Part shown: positions 1 to 13,034 of the stretch, piece by piece
Position numbering within the stretch: the first letter of the stretch is position 1
How the letters are laid out: each line of letters begins with the position of its first letter
DNA from: Octopus sinensis
Taxonomy: Eukaryota
Assembly (NCBI RefSeq): GCF_006345805.1
Contig: NC_043002.1
Span: forward strand, 27,342,001 to 27,406,000
Length of the DNA stretch: 64,000 bases
Direction: 5' to 3'
Translations under genes and position numbers: made by a program
The notes under the pieces: model-generated
Database searches by the model: none
Seen by the model: the letters and a program-made list of their open reading frames with translations, nothing else
What the model was told of the DNA's origin: nothing

Positions 1-2579
1 CTTCTCCCACGGCCAATTCGATGTTGGTTGCTGACAATTTGGAAGTAGCCACAATTTATTCATTTAAACACGAACACAAAAATTAGATGGCTTGAAATCC
101 AAGGCTGAAGAGCTAATATATGCCCATCGTAGGGGTTTTACCTGCACTCACACTGACACACATTTACAGGCACAAAGTTAGTAATAATGAATGCACACCA
201 TCATACATACTCTGCCAGATAAAAAATATAAATACATATATACATAATACAAATAAAAATATAAAAATATATAAATATATACAAAAATACACATAAAATA
301 TTCATAAAAATTCATTTAATAAATATACACAAATATACATGTACATACACAATACAAAATACACCCACACAACTTCACATACTTTATTGGATGGCCTTTG
401 ACTCTTCTGAGTTTTTCCGCCCTTTGACGGGTCTTATTTTTTATCCCTTCTGACCAAGTAAGCCCTGTGGAACTCCACTCATTATTTGTATTTCCTTGTA
501 GGTGGACCCGTTGACCACCACTACCTAACTTTTATCTTTTAGAAAATCATGAAGCTATTCTCCAAGTTTTCCAACCATGCCAAGATTAGCAGCTTGTGAC
601 AAACCACACCATGGTCGACTTTGAAAAGGATTTGGCAAAATAGAGATATATCATGTCCATAACAATAACAATACCAAAGAATCAAGGGTGGTAATATAAT
701 GCCAGACAATGGATTAAGTGCAAAATGATGAACTGGTGTACTCCATCGTACACAACCCAGAAATTATTAATCGACCCTAATTTCACTAACATAGCAAAGG
801 TCAAATCTCAGTAAAAATGCCGAGCATTATGAATGAACCCGGTAACTACGAGTAGAATATGCAACCTAACAGCCGTACTTACTGCGCTCGTACACCAAAA
901 TTTTCCAATTAATGAACAAGGAAACATACATAGTTTTTAATGTGTATTTGCCACAATTACCCTGGAGATTAAAAGAATAAGCTTTCCAGACTCTTAACAG
1001 TTTGATGGAACAGGACCCGTGCTGTTTCATTTATAACTTAGAGGGTTCTTAAATTTTAATACGATCGGGATTTTATTGAATGCTAAAGGTTATTCACAAC
1101 ATAAATATCGAATAATGAAAAAGAAATAAAACGCTGTTATCGATTAAGACTTTTTCCCTCTCATAAAAGAGTAAATAACTTCGAAATAAGTCTTAAATTG
1201 AATTGACGTAAATTACGAAAAAAAAACGATAACTTAACACGAAGCTTGGAATATAGCTTAGAAGTATTGTTTTAAAATTGATTTTGAATATTTCAAGAAA
1301 GCGTACAGTGTAATCCACAAAGTAGTTGAACATTTAGTAACAAAGAGATTAGATATTATTATTCACTTTTCGAATATATAAATAGATTACTGAAATTACT
1401 TTTTTATTGTTAATATCGTTGATGATGATGTTTAGCTCAAAGTCAACCACTACTGACTAATTACAACCGCAACTATTCATTAGTGTCTGCAAATATATTG
1501 TAGATAGGATTTCATCAAACAATATGTCGATGTTTCTTTTAAGACAGTAGAGTTGGATGTAAGACTACCATCTGCAGCAGATGAAGGAAGTTGACATATT
1601 TTTTAAAATGTGTATTTCATTTAATGCCATTTTAGTTTCTATCCTTATGTCGGGAAGTGTTCGTGGTTGCATGACAGCAACATGTATAAGCCTAAAGTAA
1701 TTGCTCCTAACTGAGGCCGAAGCTAGCAGTTTTCGAGAGGAAGGGCAAATCGATACTATTAACAAGCTTTCTGTCCTCTAAGTCCAGAACTTCAGTGCTT
1801 TTTTTTTATTTCAGCAACATCAGAAAAATGACTAGTAAAGTTGAATTCCGCGAGATTTGAACTCAGATCGTAAAGAGGCGGAAGATATAGCGCAAAGAAT
1901 TATGTCCGACGCAAATTCATGCCTTGGTTGTTCCCCTATTTTAATACACCATCATAAGAGGCATAACTATTCAGGCTGATGGCACTGACGAGGTGATCAA
2001 ACAAACCGTCGATATATAATATGAAAAACTGATTTTGAAGTGTATCAACAGATTTTCTATAGAATTTAGAGCCAATACTAAATTTTACGAGCGTTTCGTA
2101 TACGAATACGCCAATGTAAAAAGAACTCATCAATTATCCACGAACACATTGCTTAACCCAATAAGTTTAGCATTGTAACATTATTGGATAGATCAATTTA
2201 CATATAAAACAGATTCCCGGTAGCTAGTACGTAAATATTCATTACTACAATATACTCTAATATACTATAATATACTAGCAAATATATTAAAGGTTTACAA
2301 GTCAGCATTGTAACTTACTTTCGTGTTAATAGTACGAAGTGCTCATTTTAAAGTATAACTCTACATTTTTTATAGATTTCAGAGCCAGGAATGGAACTTA
2401 CGGCGTTTCGTATTCGTATACATTCATGAAACCACGTCATGAAAGGTACAAGAAATAGGTAACGTGTGTATATGCATATTTCAAGATTTTTCTTTAGCAC
2501 TACATCCAACCCATCAATTATCCACGATAGCATGGCTTCAATTCCCAATCAAATTAGCGATTCAACTGAAACAAATCTA

Positions 2580-4400
2580 TAGAATGTATAAAAAAGGAAT
2601 TTATAGCAATAATACCAAGAGGGATATATGATACATCTATGAGACAACAGAAATTAACCTCCAGAGGAAAAGAAACAATGCTGAGGATTCTGTGTTGTAA
2701 TGGTCATTTGTTGATGAAATAGCCATAACTGAAGAAGAAAGATTAGTGAAACGCTTGTTGGTTACCATAACACTTTAAACCCTTTTTTGTACGTGAATTT
2801 GGGAGGTAAGAGCCATAATTGAACTTGTACTAATAGCAGTAAGGTGCACCAGAATATGTTACACATACAATCAAAGAAAGAAATATTCTTAGTAATTATT
2901 CTTAAGTCACTTTCTTTCTCCACTCCTGTTCGTTTTGGTGTTAAAATAGCTTGACTAGACTTGGATACAATTTCAATAGAAACAAAAGAAACTATCTGCT
3001 TTTTTTTATTTGGTTAGATTCATGCATCACATGATGCCTAACTGGAAATATTGTAACATAAACTACTCCGATTCTGCAGAGAAATCGACCTGAAATTCAG
3101 TTTTAAAAAAAGTGAACCAAGGAAACCGAAACCTATAAAGCACAACGAAACAAAGATAAGAGAATTATAGCATAAACAGATTAGAAAATAATTAGGATTC
3201 AAGTAAACTCAACGTAATACAAAACACACGAATAAAAGAAAGGCCAGGAAAATCGTTGCAGATGCATTAGCTTAATATTTAACATAGAGCTAAATATTAA
3301 AAATAAAATATAGTTATTGGTAATCAATATTCTAGTTGTTCCACTAATAAATAATAGTAATAATATTATCAATTGGACGCTAAATGAATTAGCTATGTTA
3401 AACAAGAAACAAGAACAAATTATGACTTCATTTAGAATATACCATGAGAACGTCGACACAAAAAGATATTTATCGTGAATACAGCTAGATAGGTCGGTGA
3501 GTAGATGAGTAGGTATGAGGGTAGCTGACTGCTGAAACCAGAAAACTATCACAAACATACCTACTATCAGAATACAAAGATATCTAGTAAAGAATGGAGG
3601 GGAAAATTTGTTTTCTGCATTAGGTGAAGTAATTCGTACAAAAGAGAAACTGAGATAACGAGCAACTGGGAGAAGAATACAAAATCAAGCAGAGGAAACA
3701 TTTTGGAAACTAAACTAAACTAAAGATAAGGCGAAGGAAAATCACGCTAAGGCCATAGCAAGAAAAACCTCTACATGACTTATTGTTGACAAGAATGACT
3801 GAAGTACTAGTGAGAGAAAAAGTTTGAGAGACGCAGAACTCAAAACAACTGAGACTGAAAGATATTTGACAGTAACTCACAATTATATTCTTTCCAGTAG
3901 AAATAAAGGAAATGAAAGAAAACGACAGAAAAAACAAAGAAACGTATAAGGAACCAGAAAATAAATCTGAATAATATTGACCGGATATTGTTATCACAGA
4001 ACTTCAGGAAAAGAAATGTCTCTTAATCAATAACGAATTTCAACTGATAACAATGTATCTCTAAAAGAAATGGAGAAACTATCCAAATATAAATAATAAG
4101 AAATAGATAACCAGAATTTGGAGATTGTAAACAGAACGAACAGCTATAAAAATAACTGATTTAGAGATTATAAAAATTGATTAAGATGGATAGAAAATCA
4201 AAACCCCAGAACGTACACAGCGGACAGAAAGTAGCGCTGTTACACACTGCGAACATATTAAGCTGAAAATATAAAATAGAAAACAAAGCAATTTGTGTAC
4301 TCATGACACACAGAGCGTTTGGTTCTGCGGGGAATGCAAGAATTACGAACAGGGTTACTTACATGATAACAAGAAATACATGTTAATAGTAACAATAATA
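2580..4400 (+). mobile_element. Heavily decayed R4/Dong-clade non-LTR retrotransposon
   Basis: The 3' part (about 3975-4260) translates piecewise to PDIVIT..EKKCLLI..DNNVSLKEMEKLSKYK..QKVALLHTANIL, the RLE-endonuclease C-terminus of R4/Dong ORFs. Upstream has only scattered motif traces (EKPLH, LK.TE). It ends near an AAT-like run. The 5' boundary is approximate. Confidence 0.55.
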
Positions 4401-4874
4401 AGGTTTATTTATTTCAATGTTCTGCATTGACGAAACTTCAGTAGAGTTTAGCGAATGAGAAATATATAAACATTCGTACCCGAATTAGATCTCCGCAACA
4501 ATAACATTTTCATAGAAGTAGAAAAAAAATAGGGGAAGCTAAACGCATAATAGGAAAGGCAAAAACACAGAGATATGGTGATTTATATTAACTGACATAA
4601 AGCATGTACATATACTTCAATGATGGTCTCCCAGGTTGGGTTCAAAGAACAAGTTATTCACGGTTCTCTGTGTATATACTGTATTACAATAATGTAAACT
4701 AGCGGGACCCGTTAATATTTCACGGAATTAATGGTAAATCTATTGGGTTATTTCTGAAAACTTTATCCCAAAAACTTGAAAGCGTATCCTGTGTTGTGTC
4801 TGTATCAAAAGATAGTCATTCATTTGCTAATCATTGAAAAGTGAAGAAAATTGGAATAAAATGAGGAGATTCTA

Positions 4875-6693
4875 GGTAAATTCCACTACGGTAAATTCGA
4901 AGACGGGAAATTTCACTATAGTTAATATGAATATATTTTAGATCACATTTTATTCGCACATGAAGATAAAAATGACGGCGATTGCATAAAAATAAAGTTA
5001 TGAAAAAAGTTTAATATATTTGAAGAAAATTCTATTATGAGAAATTGCGTGCAACATTTCTTTAAAATTTCGGAGCGTCTTCTGATTGACAATTCTCAAC
5101 TAGCTTCTTTAGTCGTGCATCAATCATTTGATAAGATACTTTTTGTCGAGTTCCCACGTCAAATGTGTGCAATTTTCGTCTGACTTAAGCCTTCTTCATT
5201 TTTAAATGCCTTCATTTTTAAAGGCATTCAGAGTTTCCACAAATTTGCATGTATGGATGTTATCGATGACCGCAAAGCATTGTGGAACACTTCTACTGAA
5301 CTATTTGCTCTTGGCAAGTCATTTAAAACGCTGTCCCGTTTATTCCAGAGCTGGATAGGAAACTCTGGGGCTTCTCTTCGTCGACGAAAACCGCTTCCCT
5401 TTACAATCCCAATGTATGAATTCCCAAGATATGTAATAAACTCAGAAGGGATGCTTTCATCATCAGAGAAATCTTCAACTCCATTGACAACGTCTTCATT
5501 TGGTAGAAATGCTAAAGCGCAAAAACACTTAATTTTCATCTGTGTTGTCTCTCCTACTCTCACCAAGTGCACATATCGTCCGCCAAATAGTTTGTCCGAG
5601 ATGAAAAATACACCCAACTACTTCTAAATGCAGAAATAAAGAAACAGATGAATTATGGGTTTTTTTTTTCAAAATCCATAAGACAGGTCGCAGGTCGGCA
5701 ATTTACCCTTAAACACCGCACAGCAGACAGAATTCGGTGATTTGAGGCCTCTTTTTCGTCAGGATGTAAGACAAGAAGCATGGGTACTCATGACCCTCCA
5801 CTGGTGATATGTAGCGTGAAAAGCTGACACCACAAACTAGGAGACGCCTTAAAAGTCCCATCACAGACCCAATTTTCAGAGCTTTCTAGATCAACCAACC
5901 TTTTTCGGAGAAAACAAAAATTTGTCTGAGTCATCAATGCCACTGTTAAAGACCAAAAGCAATGACTCATTTTCTCAGTACTTAACTGCATCAGGAATTT
6001 CAATCCCTGAACGGCAAGCTGCAAGTGCTGACATTCCTAAAGCATGCTGCCTCCAGTTACGTGTGTTACATGAATGTCCAGGAATAGTTTGCAACAATGA
6101 TTATGCTTCCTCATCGAAATTTTGTACAGCAGTAACTATCACTTCCCGTGAAGATACTATGCCCGATCTCAAATCTTCATTATTCATTGAATTAACTGCC
6201 TTTCGTGCATTAACGTGTGCATTTCTTGCTGAGTGATTATAGGAGCTCGTTGAAAAAATAACTTCCGGTATACTGGAATTGAAAGTTGCATGTAGTCTAA
6301 CCCGGCAACCTTTGTAAGAACGTTCACAACGCCAATATACTTTTCTTTTGCTACTGCTAACCCCATTCTTTTCGTATATATGATTCTCTTTGTCACAAAG
6401 CTTACGTTTGTTCTTCCCTGATGTTATAACTGTTGCCATGGTTCATGGTTTCAAAGCTCAAAGTTAAACTGAATTTAAAAAATAGCAGTACAGTGAAATT
6501 CAGTTAAAAAAACGAGTAATAATGGCATAAACCTATAAATTACTTAAGAGGTGTGTAACAAGGGTGTGTGCAATTAGTTTTCTATACACCGTTTTTTTTT
6601 TCCGTGTGAAATTTACCGTTGTGGAATTTACCTTAATGGGATATTATCCAGTGAATATTACCTATCGTGAAATTTACCGAAGTGGAATTTACC
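4875..6693 (-). mobile_element. Mutator-like (MULE) DNA transposon, near full length, with TIRs; transposase pseudogenised
   Basis: Left end ggtaaattccactacggtaaatt (4875-) is the inverse of right end aatttaccgaagtggaatttacc (-6693), with extra subterminal copies at 6608-6632. The interior encodes FLYWCH plus MULE DDE motifs. No clear TSD found. Confidence 0.9.
5228..6439 (-). pseudogene. FLYWCH zinc finger + MULE DDE transposase (stops and frameshifts)
   Basis: ORF 6101-6439 contains YWRC..C..RLH..YNH (FLYWCH). ORF 5788-6024 contains WVCDGTFKASPSLWCQLFTLH. My manual translation of about 5580-5790 gives LMDFE and CIFHLGQTIWR (CxxH motif). ORF 5228-5617 contains YIG..P.FP..LWN..LPRANSSVEVFHN. 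Confidence 0.9.
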
Positions 6694-7935
6694 GATCACG
6701 GATGATTACTTGATTCACTTTATATATAAACTTTACATATTTTATGCACAATTTTATAGACTGAATATACAGCACTCCTCAGCTTCTTCTCTCACTCCTC
6801 GGGTTACTTGCTTTTCTTTCTCCTTTTTCTTTCACTCTTCGCCTTTTCCTTCAACTAATTACGTGAAAGCGTTACAGACGGTCTAAGTGACGGAGAAAAA
6901 GTTTAGCTAAAAAAATTACACATTTTACTCAGTACCAGCACTCCCACACCTCTCTACCCTCCCCTTTCTCCCCTCCCGCATCTCCCTTCCCATTATCTCC
7001 ACTCCCCATTCCCCTCCTTCCCTACCCCTACACTATCTCTATCATCCCCTCCCTCCCCTTCAACTAATCACGTAGAAGCGTTACGGATGAGCTGAATAAA
7101 AGTGAAAGAAACAGAATTATTATAAGATGGTTAAGTATTCCCCAAACAACTGTAACACTTAGTGTAATCCTCAGGCAGAATCAAATTGATTGAGCCTTCT
7201 ACAGACAGTTGAGCTTTTAATGTAAGCCCCAAACAAAGTTAAATTTCTAAGTCTTCTACAGATTTATTGTACACTTGATTTAATTCCCAAGAAGAGTCAC
7301 AGCGACACTCAATTATAGGAAGTTTTCATAATTTATTTTGCAGCATGAACTGGTAAAGCTGTTAGCGTGTTAGATAAAATAACCCGCGTTTATGTTACGA
7401 CATCCTGCATCCTGAATTTTCAGATGTCAATGTTCGGCGTCGAAAAGATTAACTCGTCGACGAGATGTAAGGGACTCTTCCATCAAGATTTGTGAACGAC
7501 AGTATCAGCATTCTGAAAACCATTGAAAACCTGATCTCCTTGATTCGACTGCCACCATCATAGTTGAACATGCAGCAGTTACTTTAATATATGCACATAC
7601 TGCTTCACAATGCCGGCATTAAGTATAATAGATACATGTTATCTGAAGATCTTGTTCCAGTTTCTATCTTCCGATGAGTGATGTGTACTTATAATGTAAC
7701 TTTTTAGTAGAATCACTGTGTGAGGATGCTGACATTTTGAATCAGCAGTAATGTTTATCTCACAATATTCCTCGACCATATTTTCCTCAATAATATTTGA
7801 TTAACGTAACGCTAGTCTTTTATGAGTACCAATCATAAAACATTGACCCTTCAAGGATATTATTTGGTCATACTGATCCCCAAAATTATTTCTAATACTC
7901 AATTTAGCGATAACTTGCGAGACATCAGTTTTTAC

Positions 7936-8168
7936 CTGTTTCGTTACTACCCAGAGAGGGGCTAAACACAGAGGGGACAAACAAGGACAGACAAACGAAT
8001 TAAGTCGATTGTATCGACTCCAGTGAGTAACTGGTACTTATTTAATCGATCCCGAAAAGATGAAAGGCAAAGTCGACCTCGGCGGAATTTGAACTCAGAA
8101 CGTATCGGCAGACGAAATACGGCTACGCATTTCGCCCGGCGTGCTAACGTTTCTGCCAGCTCGCCGCC
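7936..8168 (-). mobile_element. tRNA-headed SINE family 1, long-tail subtype
   Basis: The head has A-box-like tggcagaaacgttag and B-box gagttcaaattcc, and the core includes ctttgcctttcatc. It is flanked by an imperfect 15-bp TSD: gacatcagtttttac (7921-7935) and gacatcagttcatac (8171-8185). Confidence 0.9.
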
Positions 8169-8241
8169 CTGACATCAGTTCATACCGATACCCACAAACA
8201 TGTACATAATACACACATATACACACCTATAAATGATATAT

Positions 8242-8264
8242 TACACACGCGCGCGCGCGCGTGC

Positions 8265-8318
<54 letters not shown>

Positions 8319-8611
8319 TTAAGGCTAGACAAATATTTAATATATATATGCTTTTATTTATGGTATGTATAATGTAAGTTTATACCTATATACGTATATG
8401 ATGTATATGTGCTTCTCGTGTTTTATCTTGGACCACGTTCCTGGATTTCAGATATGATTAACCAAATGCACCGAATCCAAAAGTTTGCTTGGAGACAAGA
8501 GCACGTTATATAAATCTACTGAATTATCATCATGTATACATGGGTCGAAACTACTAGTACCGTTTATTCAAATGCTGTATACATTGAATGACATTTATCC
8601 TTACTGGATAT

Positions 8612-8677
<66 letters not shown>
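8242..8677. repeat. Alternating purine-pyrimidine microsatellites (CA/CG/TA/TG at 8242-8318; TA at 8608-8677)
   Basis: Directly visible dinucleotide runs. Confidence 0.95.
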
Positions 8678-8680
<3 letters not shown>

Positions 8681-9643
8681 GCAATGTCACAAATAGAAAG
8701 ATGGGTTAAAATTACGAGCGTATTCTTTTTAGGAAATCAATTTTTACGTTGGCCTAGTATAGACAAGCCCTATTTATGTTTGAAACCACGTTTATTTCTC
8801 CCTGTGGATAGAAAATTAATCAGCCTCATTAGCTTAATAAAAACATGAGAGTGTGATCAGGAGCGGGTAATCGATTTCTGACGAGGCTAGATAGTTTTCA
8901 GTTCGATCTATTTGTTTTGTCACAGCAATCAATATATCATTAATGAAGATGTAATTATTGATTGATTTCTCTTCAAAGAGTAAGTAATTCTAGTGAATCT
9001 TTTGATTGCGTCTACATTATAATTGCATGTCTCTGTGGACGTATGTATATGTGTGTACTTGTTTGTGTTTGTGTTCTTGTATATGAGTCTGCCCGTGTGA
9101 ATGTATATGTGAGTATAAAGAGATTGACTATAGATCTTCATCGTCGCATTGTACTATTAGAACTTAGCCACTTGATGAATAAGCAGCTTGTAAATTATTA
9201 GAGTCAATACTATTGTTTAAAACAGTTGACAGTGGTACCCCAACATGGCACAAGCCAATAAAAAACATATACTCATTTAATCCCCCAAGGATCATATGGG
9301 TGACCTAACAATAACGCAAGTATTTTCTTATTCAAAGGCTTTGCCTCTCAAAAATATTATTTGTATCTATTTACAAATAGGCTTGGTCATAAGATTCAGT
9401 GACATATTTATATGAGCCTAAGCTTCATTTCCATGTCCTCATAGCTGTTACAACTCTTTCCATAATCGTTTTATGTGCCTATCTGATCAACAGCAGATAT
9501 ACGCACACCTTGGTTCCACTTAGATAAGACCTAGCGGAACATCAAGTAACTGACAGGAAAATGGTGAAAAAGCTGCCAGCGCAGTCAGTTATTTCACGTG
9601 AGGTAACTTGCACAAAGACTGACTCAGCGTCAGGTCCATTCAT

Positions 9644-9875
9644 GGCGGCGAGCTGGCAGAACCGTTAGCACGCCGGGCGAAATGCGTAGCCGTATTTCGT
9701 CTGTCGTTACGTTCTGAGTTCAAATTCCGCCGAGGTCGACTTTGCTTTTCATCCTTTCGGGGTCGATAAATTAAGTACCAGTTACGCACTGGGGTCGATG
9801 TAATCGACTTAATACCTATGTCTGTTCTTGTTTGTCCCCTCTATGTTTAGTCCCTTGTGGGTAATAAAGAAATAG
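9644..9875 (+). mobile_element. tRNA-headed SINE family 1, long-tail subtype, intact
   Basis: Runs from ggcggcgagctggcag to aaagaaatag and is flanked by a perfect 15-bp TSD gtcaggtccattcat (9629-9643 and 9876-9890). Confidence 0.95.
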
Positions 9876-11271
9876 GTCAGGTCCATTCATGTGTTTGCAT
9901 GTCCATGTTTGTCTATTTTCTATGTATGTGTGTGGGCCTGTGTTTGTATATGTATGCACCTCTGTCTCCTTGTGTGTGCATATCTGTGTGTGTGTGTGTG
10001 TTATGTAACTATGTACCATGATTGTAAGTATGGATGTGCATCTCTATATGTATGGATCCGTGTTTCCATATGTGTTCTTGTGCGGAGTAAAGTGTATGTG
10101 TATATATGGTCATGTGTTTCTGTCTCAATTTACGTATGTGTGCTTATGTGTTCTTATAACCTATGTACCTATCCGTCTGTATGTAGATCTATTTATTTTC
10201 ATATACATATGCTTACATACAAAAACTACATGTGCACACACACACACTCACACCTACATACATCTATCTACATAACAGTCCACTAACTATTCTACTCTAC
10301 CCGTGTAAACTGTGTGTATGGAGGTATGATATATACTATGTATATTTCCTATTTAGTATTCATTTAGTATTACTATTTAGGTTTCATTTATAAGGACGTA
10401 CTCCCGTATTTGTCTGAGTGTTGAGTCTTTTGGGTGCTTGGATAAGATGCAGATGTCAAGTTGACCCATATTGCCTCCATGGTGGTCTTTGGCATGTTGG
10501 TAGAGTATGGAGGACTGTTTTCTGTCGTCATATTGTCTTAGATGTTCATTTATTCATTCTGCAATGCTCCTAGATGTCTAGGAGCATTGATAATTTATCG
10601 ATTGATAATTTATCATCTAGACTGAAATGAAGGAACGGAAAGCTGACGTCAGCAGAATTTGAACTTAAACCGCAGAAACTCGTAACAACTACTGAGACCT
10701 TCTATACAACGTACTAACAAATCCGTCCTATGCCAATTTATATATGTATATATATGTGTGTGTGTGTATGTGTGTGTATGTGTGTGTGTGTGTGTACGTG
10801 TCTGTGTGTGTATCTGTGTGTGTGTGTATTTATATATATACATATATAGACATTGATAGTATCATGTTCACTCACAATCATCAACAATGGCGAAAAGTCC
10901 AATAATAGAATATAAACCCATTAAGTAGTCATTTTGAAACTCTTTGTACGAACAAAACTTTGATAATATATGAAAACGTTGGATAGATATAAAGCATAAT
11001 TGTAGTTAAGTATGCTTTGAAATAATATAGAACATAGTTTGACTTGTCAGAAATCTATCAAACTGATATGACAGAACGCTACGACTTCATCCCGGGCGAT
11101 TCGTGAATATTTTTTGAGCAAATCTCCTGTATCATTTGAAGTTTCGTCATTGCTGATAATTGCTTAAAACATGAAACCACTGATCTCCAAGGATTTCTAT
11201 TTCCAATGTTTATACATTGTATGTGTGTATGTGTGTGAGCGTATGCATATATATATGTGTGTGTGTGAGCG

Positions 11272-11304
<33 letters not shown>

Positions 11305-11591
11305 ATGTATATGTATATAGATATGTATATATATGTATATGTGTGCATATATATATGTATATATGTGTCTATATATAAGCATATATATGTGTGTGTGAGG
11401 GTGAATGTGTTTTCTTATATATTGCGTTTTCAACTGAGAAAAAATAAAAGAAATATTAAAACATAAATATTGTCCTTCATAGATGGCGATTACTACATGA
11501 TTGTCTTGCGAGTTGTAATTACACCGTATCAGAACTCGATATCTTGACATTGCATGTAAATGCGATATATCATTTGTGTATGCAATACACT

Positions 11592-11593
11592 AC

Positions 11594-11647
<54 letters not shown>

Positions 11648-11695
11648 CATCATCATCATCATCATCATCATTATTATTCTCATCATTATTTCTGT
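11592..11695. repeat. Compound (ATT)n(ATC)n microsatellite
   Basis: Directly visible; it produces the poly-I/L/N ORFs in the track. Confidence 0.95.
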
Positions 11696-11718
11696 TGTTG
11701 CTGTTCTTGTTGTTACTG

Positions 11719-11940
11719 AGGTGGCGACGTAGCAGAATCTTTAGCACATCATCAGACAAAATACTGAGCGACAGTTCGTTCATCTTCGTGTTCTGAGTTC
11801 AAATTACGCCGAGGTCGATTTTGCCTTTGATCAATTCAGGGTCAATAAAATAAGTAACAGTCGAGCACTGGTGCCAATGTAAACGACTTACCCGCTCTTT
11901 TAAACATGCTGTTCTTGAACCAATAATTGAAGTAGCTATT
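11719..11940 (+). mobile_element. SINE family 1, short-tail subtype, diverged
   Basis: Contains gttctgagttcaaattacgccgaggtcgattttgcctttgatc and ends in an ATT-like tail. Confidence 0.8.
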
Positions 11941-12943
11941 ATAATTATTATATCATGTAAAGTAACAGCTTTCTTTGCTGGGTATGATGGAAAGTGTTAG
12001 CTACTCACAGCCGCCACTGAGATGACACTTGGGTACTAATCACACTTCAAGAACCCTGTGGAGAACATCTGCATTTCCAAGCAGTCATAATTTTTGCAGA
12101 CTTTCTATCTTATAGTTATTCTAATCTTTTTGGGCCATGTTGGCAGTTGGGAACTGATACTTCCAAGTGCGCCAGTCACACATCCTCTTTCTACATTGCC
12201 CACAACCTGTGTGTTCTCACCTCGCCTCATCGTAATTGCTCACTTTTTCTTCTTTTCTTCAACACTGTTTTCACCATGACATGCTATATTATATATCAGG
12301 CATGTTTTGTTTTTTCTTTCCTGTTCACCACAACAGGTTTTTGACGTTTAATTCGTTGTCACAGGCCATCATTGCATCCCACAGACTTTTGCAATTTCTC
12401 AGTAACTCATTCTGGGTTTTGGTCACACCACATTTTCGTTCTTTCTGGGTCAAAATTTCCACAAAGCTCCCAATGGATAATTCTTGCCGCATTTACATGT
12501 TACCTTTTGTATCCACGTTGCTTCAGTTTCGGGCATCCACTATGTACCACACTGTTTCACATTTCTCACCACACATTCTTCGTTTGTCGCTGTTAGTGGT
12601 TTTATCAATTCTACACTTCACATATTTTGTCCCTAATGCTTGTTCGTGTGCCGTGCATATAAGTGCTTCTATTTTTATCTTCAAGTCACTCCTTTGCATC
12701 AACAATAACCGGACTTCTGTATCTGTCTTTCGCTCGTATCTCTTGCAAACTGACCGTACACTTTTTTTCCCTCTCTATGCCATTTGTGATGTTTTCCACT
12801 TTGAATTTCTCTTTCTTAACACATTTATCAGATTTGATGAAGTACGATTTCTTGACATGCGTCAACAATTGTTCCACGGCATTTTTTACATACCATCCTA
12901 AAATGTATTCCTCTGGTTCGACATAATCCTGACAATTTATCAA
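11940..12943 (-). mobile_element. R4/Dong-clade non-LTR retrotransposon, 5'-truncated 3' third
   Basis: ORFs 12686-12982 (EEYILGWYVKN) and 12523-12705 (SDLKIKIEALICTAHEQALGTKYVKCRIDKT..RMCGEKCETVWYI). These continue by manual translation to HWELC..LWD..LLGNADVLHRVLE, followed by a 3' UTR and an ataataattataata tail. Confidence 0.9.

Positions 12944-13034
<91 letters not shown>
12944..13034. repeat. (ATC)n(ATT)n microsatellite (tail/target array)
   Basis: Directly visible. Confidence 0.95.

Larger units (their letters stand above)
4699..6731 (-). mobile_element. Putative non-autonomous Helitron-like element split by the MULE insertion
   Basis: On the minus strand there is a short hairpin (ccgt 4709-4712 / acgg 4722-4725) followed by CTAG|T (4699-4702). 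At the far side of the MULE, 6716-6731 reads gtttatatataaagtg on minus, resembling the start tctttatatataaaagtg at 44321. The exact 5'-TC is not preserved. Confidence 0.4.

Noticed and set aside
1-590. Possible LINE 3' end at the window edge
   Set aside because: Only a vague recollection of similarity, with no translatable motif within the window.
5253-6236. Plus-strand ORFs 5253-5627 and 5922-6236
   Set aside because: They are antisense shadows of the MULE transposase.
7400-7600. Minus-strand frames that look protein-like if TGA is read as Trp (also 40660-41160)
   Set aside because: TAA/TAG stops also occur in or bounding these frames, the stop density fits AT-rich random sequence, and I recognise no motif.
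12236-12901. 221-aa plus-strand ORF, and likewise 59082-59915 on minus
   Set aside because: They are antisense to R4/Dong coding sequence, the second also including the GAA tract.
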